Part shown: piece after piece, positions 58,298 to 64,000 of the stretch
Layout of the letters: each line of letters begins with the position of its first letter
Numbering within the stretch: position 1 is the first letter of the stretch
Source: Ostreococcus lucimarinus
Lineage: Eukaryota
Assembly: GCA_000092065.1 (NCBI GenBank)
Contig: CP000586.1
DNA length: 64,000 nucleotides
Strand: one strand, 5' to 3'
Program-made: the position numbers and the translations under genes
The notes under the pieces: model-generated
The model's input: the letters and a program-made list of their open reading frames with translations, nothing else
Told to the model about the DNA's origin: nothing
Databases searched by the model: none

Positions 58298-58708
58298 TTA
58301 GGTTTGCGCCTTGGTCATGACTTGCGGCGTCGCGGCGCGCATGACTTCGGCGAGGATCGCGACGGCTTCGTCCGGGGACGACGAAGAGAAGCGAAAAGCG
58401 TCGCGCGCGGGATACTTCTTACCGAGCTCGACGTTGCGCACGTTCGTCCGTCTACCATGGATCAACCGAGAGCGCGGTGTCGTGAGTTGATGCGCGTCCG
58501 GCGTGAAGATCATTCCCGCCGACCGAACGGTGTAATCGTGAAACTTGGCCGTCTCGTCGTCGACGTGCGCCGCGAACCCGTCGTGTCCGCCGAGACAAAA
58601 GCACCACGGCTCGACTCGCGTCGCGTCGCGCCGCCGCGCGATCGATCGCTCGATCGCCCGAAGACGCGCGTCGCCGTACCGCGCGGCGCGTCGCGACGTC
58701 GCGACGCG
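58298..58708 (-). CDS. Coding-like segment with no own upstream ATG, in frame with the preceding ORF across a single TGA
   Basis: Minus-strand translation after the TGA at 58711-58709 reads RVATSRRAARYGDARLRAIERSIARRRDATRVEPWCFCLGGHDGFAAHVDDETAKFHDYTVRSAGMIFTPDAHQLTTPRSRLIHGRRTNVRNVELGKKYPARDAFRFSSSSPDEAVAILAEVMRAATPQVMTKAQT*. The composition is mixed and the third positions are strongly G/C-biased along the whole segment. The only ATG is at 58513. Family not recognised. Confidence 0.4.
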   Translation of the reverse strand, partial: RVATSRRAARYGDARLRAIERSIARRRDATRVEPWCFCLGGHDGFAAHVDDETAKFHDYTVRSAGMIFTPDAHQLTTPRSRLIHGRRTNVRNVELGKKYPARDAFRFSSSSPDEAVAILAEVMRAATPQVMTKAQT

Positions 58709-59377
58709 TCAGCGCGGGCGCGCCGCGGCCGCCGCGGCCGACGCCTTGAACGCGTCGCGAACCGCGCGACTGGTCGCGTTCACGCGGTCCCTGATCTCGC
58801 CCAAATCCTCCTCGCGCGCGAGGTCGAGATACTTTGAAAACTTGTCGGGGTGCCAGCGCACCAACTCCTCGCGAAGCCTCGCGCGCGCGTCGCCTCTCGG
58901 CGCGTCCGACGTCAGAAAATCGCGAAGCGTCGCCGCGCGCGACGTCAGGGCGTCGTCGACGAACGGGAAATCTTTCGCCCGCATCGCTCGCGCGGGCGAT
59001 TTTCGCGCGCGCGCGCGCTCCAATCTTCGCCACGCGCGTCGATACGCGTCGATCGTCGTCGCCCCGGTCGTCGCGTCCGCGTCGCCGCGCGCCCCTCTCG
59101 TCGTCCCGTTCGCGCGCGTCGTTTCGCTTTTCCGCGAATCATTGTCTCTCGCGTTTCGTCTCGACGTCGCTTCTCGTCGTCCCGCGTCGTCGCGCGCGCG
59201 TCGTCGCCTCTCGCTCGCCGCCCACACGCGCGCTCGATGCGTTTCGTCGCCCAGCGGTCCCGTCGCGCTCCACTCGCGCTCGGCGCGCGCGTACGTCGCC
59301 CACGCGTCGTCGGCGCCCGACTCGAGCGCGCGTTCGTCGCGCAACCGCGCCTCGAACGCGTCGTCGTCGAGAATCAT
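58709..59377 (-). CDS. Hypothetical protein with C-terminal J-like RWHPDKF motif
   Basis: The track ORF starts at ATG 59506, which shares a CATG with the divergent gene. The more plausible start is ATG 59377 (MILDDDAFEARLRDERALESGADDAWATYARAEREW...). The C-terminal part is FPFVDDALTSRAATLRDFLTS...RLREELVRWHPDKFSKYLDL. It ends at TGA 58709-58711. Confidence 0.5.
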   Translation of the reverse strand: MILDDDAFEARLRDERALESGADDAWATYARAEREWSATGPLGDETHRARVWAASERRRRARDDAGRREATSRRNARDNDSRKSETTRANGTTRGARGDADATTGATTIDAYRRAWRRLERARARKSPARAMRAKDFPFVDDALTSRAATLRDFLTSDAPRGDARARLREELVRWHPDKFSKYLDLAREEDLGEIRDRVNATSRAVRDAFKASAAAAAARPR

Positions 59378-59504
59378 CGCGCGCGGTCGACGGCGGCGAC
59401 GTACGCGAGCGCCGAGCGCGACGCGCGGGTCCCCGCTTACGCGTCGCGCGGTCGACGCGGTCGCGCGTCGCTCGCGTCGACCGCGCCGCACTGCGCGACG
59501 CGAC

Positions 59505-59583
59505 ATGCCGTCGGCGTCGACGTCGTCGTCGATCGACGATTCCGCGCCGCTCGCCGCGATCGCGCGCGCGATCGCGCGCGACG

Positions 59584-59615
<32 letters not shown>

Positions 59616-60260
59616 CGCGACGCCGACGGTATCGGCGCGCGCGCGATCGCGGCGCGCCTGGACGCGACGGCGGAATCGTCGCAAAGAAAAAATGCGCCGA
59701 CGGACGCGTCGAAACCGCGACCGCGACCGCCGAAACCGGATTGGGGGTGCGCGCGGTGCGGGACGCGCGTGAACGTCGTGCGGTGGCACAGCGCGGACGC
59801 GAAGTGGTACTACCATCACAGCCGCACGCGCATGTGCAGGCGGTGCGAACGCGAACGCGAGGCGCGAGAGCGCGGAAGACGCGAGGCGGCGGCGACGACG
59901 ACGACGACGACGCGCGACTACGACGACGACGACCACGACGACCACGCCGACGACGACGGGACGGCGAGCGACGACGACGGGACGGACGACGACGCGCGCT
60001 TCGGCCGGGTCGCGCGAGCGACGCGACGACGGCGGTGCGGCCAGTGCGGCTCTCAGACGAACGTGGAGACGTTCGACGCGAAGACGCGACGGTGGACGTG
60101 GACGCGACCGAAGACGCGCATGTGCGAGGGGTGCGACGAGGCGTACGAGGACGCGGCGCGCGCGTACGAGGCGATTTTCGCGAGCGAGACGCGCGCGCGC
60201 GACGGCGAACCGGCCCTCGCGCCGGCGCCGCCGACGTTCGTGTACGACGTCGCGGATTAG
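59505..60260 (+). CDS. Hypothetical protein with two CxxC...CxxC zinc-ribbon-like repeats
   Basis: ATG at 59505, 251 aa (the upstream part of track ORF 58545..60260 is an Arg/Ser-rich artefact). The repeated motif appears as WGCARCGTRVNVVRWHSADAKWYYHHSRTRMCRRCE and as RRCGQCGSQTNVETFDAKTRRWTWTRPKTRMCEGCD. The two copies are separated by an acidic linker. Confidence 0.5.
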
Positions 60261-60291
60261 AGACGTTTAATGACGATACATTTGATGATAG

Positions 60292-61416
60292 ATGTGCGAC
60301 GCGTTCGAAGCGCGTCGGCGCTCGGGCGCTTCGGCGTCACTCGTCGACGCGTCCCGCGCGATGGCGTCTCGCGCGGCCGTCGACCGCGTCGTCGCGCGCG
60401 CGCGCCTCGCCCTCGAGCGCTGCGAGCTCGCGGTGCCGATCCATTTCGACGCGTGCGCGCGCGCCGCGCTCGCCGACTCCTCGCGCTGGGTCGTCGCGGA
60501 CGACGTCGACGCGTCGCGCGCGCACCCGCTCGTCGTCCCGCTCGCGCGCGCGGCGACGACGACGCGCGCGCCCGTCGTCCTCGGCGTCGCCGTCGGCGCG
60601 CGCGCCGTCGACGCGCGATTCGCGTCCAGCGGCGGGTTCTACGCGCGCGCGCGATCGGCGCAGGCGTCGACGCCGTGGGTCGTCGCGGGCGCGCGGGGCG
60701 CGCGCCTGCTCGCGCCGTCGGCGACGGCGATGCTGCGACGCGCGCTCGCCGAGGACGAGCGCGCGCACGGCGTCGGCGGCGGCGCGGCGACGGCGGCGTG
60801 CGGAAGCGACGCGCTGGACGCGTACGCGCCGGGAGAGCTGACGAATTCGCCGTACGCGACGCGCGTCGAGGCGTTTCTGACGCGACGCGTCGGGCGATTT
60901 CTGGACGCGGACGAAACGCTGATCGAGCGACACGTAGAGCGAGGGGACGTCACGAGCGCGCTGGTGACGGCGGAGTGGTGCGCGGACGGGCCGTACGCCG
61001 GGTGGTCCAGGCCGCACGCGGTGCACGCGGCGACGCTGGCGCGATTCGGACGCGCGGCGGAGGCGAGGGACCAGGCGCGCGTGGCGCTGAGCGTCGGACC
61101 GTGGTGGACGATGGGAGAGGACGGCGCGATGATGACGCAGATGCAAACGCTGAGCGGGTACGCGGGACGAAGCGCGGCGGACGTGCGGAGGACGCTCGAG
61201 GGAGGGGACGTGGACGCGGGAGGCGCGAGCGGCGGCGAACCGGCGCCGACGAGGGAGGAGACGGCGCTGAAGCGCGCGATGGACGCCATGGACGCGGTGG
61301 CGTGGGGGGAGCGCGGTGAGACGTGGGCGTCGGTTCGCGAGCGCGTCGCGGAGAGCCTCGACGAGGCGGGGTTGCGCGCGCTGTCCGCGCACGTGCTCGC
61401 GCCTTTGCGCGAGTGA
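60292..61416 (+). CDS. Hypothetical protein (374 aa)
   Basis: ATG at 60292, only 31 nt after the previous stop. This frame has mixed composition (TNSPYATRVEAFLTRRVGRFLDADETLIERHVERGDVTSALVTAEWCADGPYAGWSRPHAVH, GPWWTMGEDGAMMTQMQTLSGYAG). The other overlapping frames are Arg-rich artefacts. No family recognised. Confidence 0.5.
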   Translation: MCDAFEARRRSGASASLVDASRAMASRAAVDRVVARARLALERCELAVPIHFDACARAALADSSRWVVADDVDASRAHPLVVPLARAATTTRAPVVLGVAVGARAVDARFASSGGFYARARSAQASTPWVVAGARGARLLAPSATAMLRRALAEDERAHGVGGGAATAACGSDALDAYAPGELTNSPYATRVEAFLTRRVGRFLDADETLIERHVERGDVTSALVTAEWCADGPYAGWSRPHAVHAATLARFGRAAEARDQARVALSVGPWWTMGEDGAMMTQMQTLSGYAGRSAADVRRTLEGGDVDAGGASGGEPAPTREETALKRAMDAMDAVAWGERGETWASVRERVAESLDEAGLRALSAHVLAPLRE

Positions 61417-61510
61417 TTAGATTGTATTACGCGACGCGCGAATCGGTAGAACGTGTGTCGCGCGCGCGCGCGCTGGTGCGTTGTTTTACAATGTGTACAA
61501 TGTTCGTTCA

Positions 61511-64000
61511 TCATTCTAATTCTATAACCTCGCGATCGACGTCGTCGCCGTCGCCGTCGCGACGCCGCGCGTCGAGCGCGCGTCGAGCGCGTCCATCCGG
61601 TCGCTCGAGCAGCGCGCGCAATTCGCCCAGGGTCAAGCCTGCGTCCTTGCCCTTCTTCTGCAGGGCGACGTCGCTCGCGATGTCACTCATGGCGTCCGCG
61701 CGTTGGCGCGAAAAATTGTGCACGTTTTCTTCAATCGTGTCGCGAATGAAAAACCTGTGGACGCACGTCGGGCGCGTTTGTCCGATGCGATCGACGCGCT
61801 TGATCGCCTGGGCTTCCATTCCGGGATCGAGCACGGGCTCGAGCAGTAACACGTGCTGCGCTTCGGTGAGGTTCAAACCGTGCGCGCCACGCTTAAGCGG
61901 CAGCAACAGAACGTTGCACGCGGCGTCGTGCTTAAATGTATCGATGACGTCGCGAAACTTTGGACCAGAGACGCCGCGAACGAAGCGAATTTCATTCGCG
62001 CGCATCGCTTTTTCGACCACGTCCAGGACGTCGTCCCATTCAGAAAACACTATCATTTTAGCGTCATCCTCACGCAACAGCAAATATCTCAGACGTCGAA
62101 TGATCGCTTCAATTTTTGTGCCCCAGCTCCCGGAGACGAGCACTTGTTGTTCCCCGCCGAGGAGGTCGGCTTCGACGCCGAGCAGATCCGTAAGAAATCG
62201 CACGTCGCCTCCTTTACCGCGCCTCACGTAATCAGCCGCATCTCGCACTCCCGTGCGATTGTCAACGTTGTTCACGTACATCAACTCTTCGACGTACGCA
62301 CGAACGCGACAGGTGACGCACGACACTCTCTCCCCGTGCTCGCGTCGGACCAAGTCGAGAGCGCACGAGACGCACGTTCGGTGACCGCAAGGGAAAACAC
62401 ATATTTCAGCGTTAGTTCCCGCGAATGACACCATACAGACCGGACAATCAGTTGCTATAGTGTTTTCTCCGCCAGCGTTCTCCGCGCGAAGATTGTCCTC
62501 CAGATACTTGAGTTGAGACATCGCTTTGCGCAAATCCTTTTCGTACACGAGCTTTTGCGTCGTGTAGTTGACGCTCAAACCCTCCACTTCGTCTCGATAG
62601 ATGACCGACCCTCGGAGACCCTCGGGCACGGGATCGTTTTGCATCAACCAACCCGTGAACCGATGGAAGCCGTGCGGTGGAAGCTCGTGATCGTGCCGAG
62701 TGCGTATTCTCGCCACCGCCATGTCGAGCTCGTCGCGAGACGCGACTTCTTCCCTCTGTTGGACGATGAGCTGCGATATTTTGTAAAATTCCTTGCGCAT
62801 CTCTTCAAGCGCAGCGACGTGCGCCGCGGATTCTTCAACATACGAACTGGGTGCACTCAACGAATGCACCATGGGGACTAAAATACGAAGCACGGCTTCC
62901 ACCGAGCTCGCTCCACCGCGGTTGGTTTCCTCTCGTTCATACTTCCGACCGTAACGAGAAACGCGTGGCACAAACGTTTCCCTGTTCTGACTATCGTCGT
63001 CATTGGTGCGATTTTGCTGAAGCCGCAGGTTGCGAACACCGAATATCTTTGCCTCAAACTCCGAAAGTAACGGTTCGGCCTTGCAAAACATACACACCAC
63101 GCCGGGAAGGGCAAAGTCCGTATCTTTACGGCAGTTTGAGCACGAACCGATCGTACGCACATCATCTTCACTCGGATTTTCAACCCGTACGCGGATTTCT
63201 GAGACAGATTCCATGACTCTGGCGCGTGTGTTGTGAATTTCTTCCAAATCGTTCGCCATCGTCATCTTCAAACCGTCGGTGCTTCGAAAAGGTGCTTGCT
63301 TGTCTTGCCAGCGTCCATCCAAAGCTTCAAGCACACGCGCGAGTATATTCGACGCCGCAACATCTTCTGCGGTTCCTTCTGACGTCATCGCATGATCGAG
63401 GATGAATAGCCACCACGTGAATTTGTCCACGCGCGCGATCGAGCCAAACGCTAAATGCTTCGCCACGTTTGCACTCGTAACTTCGAGTTCGCGCGTCGCT
63501 GCAGGGACGCCGCCAGCACGCTGTGCCATGTATGCAGCTCGCTCTAAATTGGCTTCTTTTTCCAAATCATCGTCCCGTATCGTCGGTGCTATTATCTTGC
63601 CTTTTAGTAACTCTTTGTTCGCCTTGACTTCGCGCATGGCCAAGTTGAGATTGTGAAGCGCGTGAAGTCTTTGAAGGGTGTCCATCCGAATGCCTCGCTG
63701 CTTCCCCTCACCTTCGAGCTTAAGGACTTCACGATACGTTTCTATGACGATGTCGAAAGTTCCTAAAATCCAAGCGATCCCAGCGAGGGCGTTGAGCGAA
63801 AACGCCACGAGACGCTGCGCCTCTTCGGCTTCGATGCGAGCTCTTTCGACAAGCTTTTCAGAAATTTGCTCCATCGTCAACACGTTAGCGCCGGCGCGAA
63901 TACCGCCAGCAAGACCGTGTGATCCCGCTTGCGGATGATCACACGCTTGACGCAATCGCAACAAAGGTCCCATGACGCTCGATGCTTTGTTCGGTGGAAG
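61511..64000 (-). CDS. SNF2-family helicase with embedded RING finger (SHPRH/RAD5-RAD16-like E3), 3' part; gene continues beyond the window
   Basis: The frame is open to base 64000 (...PPNKASSVMGPLLRLRQACDHPQ is the end of the SNF2_N lobe). The C3HC4 RING is CPVCMVSFAGTNAEICVFPCGHRTCVSCALDLV...CVTCR. The helicase C lobe is KMIVFSEWDDVLDVV, VLLLPLKRGAHGLNLTEAQHVLLLEPVLDPGMEAQAIKRVDRIGQTRPTCVHRFFIRDTIEE. Stop at 61511. Confidence 0.88.
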   Translation of the reverse strand, partial: LPPNKASSVMGPLLRLRQACDHPQAGSHGLAGGIRAGANVLTMEQISEKLVERARIEAEEAQRLVAFSLNALAGIAWILGTFDIVIETYREVLKLEGEGKQRGIRMDTLQRLHALHNLNLAMREVKANKELLKGKIIAPTIRDDDLEKEANLERAAYMAQRAGGVPAATRELEVTSANVAKHLAFGSIARVDKFTWWLFILDHAMTSEGTAEDVAASNILARVLEALDGRWQDKQAPFRSTDGLKMTMANDLEEIHNTRARVMESVSEIRVRVENPSEDDVRTIGSCSNCRKDTDFALPGVVCMFCKAEPLLSEFEAKIFGVRNLRLQQNRTNDDDSQNRETFVPRVSRYGRKYEREETNRGGASSVEAVLRILVPMVHSLSAPSSYVEESAAHVAALEEMRKEFYKISQLIVQQREEVASRDELDMAVARIRTRHDHELPPHGFHRFTGWLMQNDPVPEGLRGSVIYRDEVEGLSVNYTTQKLVYEKDLRKAMSQLKYLEDNLRAENAGGENTIATDCPVCMVSFAGTNAEICVFPCGHRTCVSCALDLVRREHGERVSCVTCRVRAYVEELMYVNNVDNRTGVRDAADYVRRGKGGDVRFLTDLLGVEADLLGGEQQVLVSGSWGTKIEAIIRRLRYLLLREDDAKMIVFSEWDDVLDVVEKAMRANEIRFVRGVSGPKFRDVIDTFKHDAACNVLLLPLKRGAHGLNLTEAQHVLLLEPVLDPGMEAQAIKRVDRIGQTRPTCVHRFFIRDTIEENVHNFSRQRADAMSDIASDVALQKKGKDAGLTLGELRALLERPDGRARRALDARRRDGDGDDVDREVIELE

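Noticed and set aside
58709-58711. Selenocysteine decoding of the in-frame TGA
   Set aside because: The flanking RPR_RVA context has no Cys/redox motif. I see no SECIS-like AUGA...AA...GA structure in the very short 3' region. It is kept only as one untested option in the finding.
58850-60841. A 663-aa ORF, together with the other long overlapping ORFs at 58545-61514 (both strands)
   Set aside because: The translations are Arg-dominated and low-complexity. Only the frames with mixed composition (59505..60260 and 60292..61416 on the plus strand; 58298..59377 on the minus strand) were kept.
1-64000. A search by eye for tRNA/rRNA genes, transposons, CRISPR arrays, operons or phage-like modules
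   Set aside because: No T-arm/anticodon-arm-like tRNA pattern, rDNA-like sequence, terminal inverted repeat, LTR, transposase or reverse-transcriptase ORF, or repeat-spacer array was seen. The locus is ordinary eukaryotic nuclear DNA, so prokaryotic system types do not apply. A formal tRNAscan/Rfam run would be needed to exclude small ncRNAs.

Overview
This window is a chromosome end from a GC-rich (by eye, not computed), very gene-dense, intron-poor eukaryotic nuclear genome. It opens with about 35 copies of the TTTAGGG-type telomere repeat (written CCCTAAA). The first gene ends only about 220 bp further in. The telomere type, the spacing (about 1.5 kb per gene, spacers mostly 40-250 bp) and the gene content all fit a green picoalga of the Mamiellales (Ostreococcus/Micromonas-like). 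That content includes psaN, a PPR protein, a SOUL/DUF2358 plastid-type protein, MoeA, glucuronokinase, cytosolic-type MDH, TBCD, CDC27, two proteasome alpha subunits, NOT2, an MSH6-type MutS, Sam50, PHAX and GPN2. The species cannot be verified without a database search. I support about 40 protein-coding genes on both strands and six spliceosomal introns (three firm in the PSMA6 proteasome gene, three inferred). All six introns share one grammar: a GTGCGN or GTACGT donor, an ACTGAC branch-like motif 21-35 nt before the acceptor, and a CAG acceptor. There are a few short tandem repeats. I found no rRNA or tRNA genes, no transposons, and nothing prokaryotic (no CRISPR, IS elements or operons). 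One caveat applies throughout. The ORF track prints TTG and GTG starts as M, and the GC richness produces many long spurious antisense or Arg-rich ORFs. I therefore re-anchored starts on the first in-frame ATG or on inferred splice junctions. The observations most worth a second look are: (1) a receptor-type nucleotide cyclase whose ectodomain is PstS (phosphate-binding-protein)-like, a candidate direct phosphate sensor; (2) three unusual single-ORF domain fusions (PPR+TrmB, MoeA+glucuronokinase, lysine-methyltransferase-like+PhyH dioxygenase); (3) a coding region interrupted by one in-frame TGA; (4) an exact 42-nt copy of the U-box coding core sitting in the probable 5' UTR of the divergent neighbour gene; (5) two tandem ORF pairs separated by only 39 and 31 nt (candidate bicistronic loci); (6) a large U-box protein built from an unrecognised internal repeat. 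All functional calls rest on motif recognition by eye, and none has been checked against a database.
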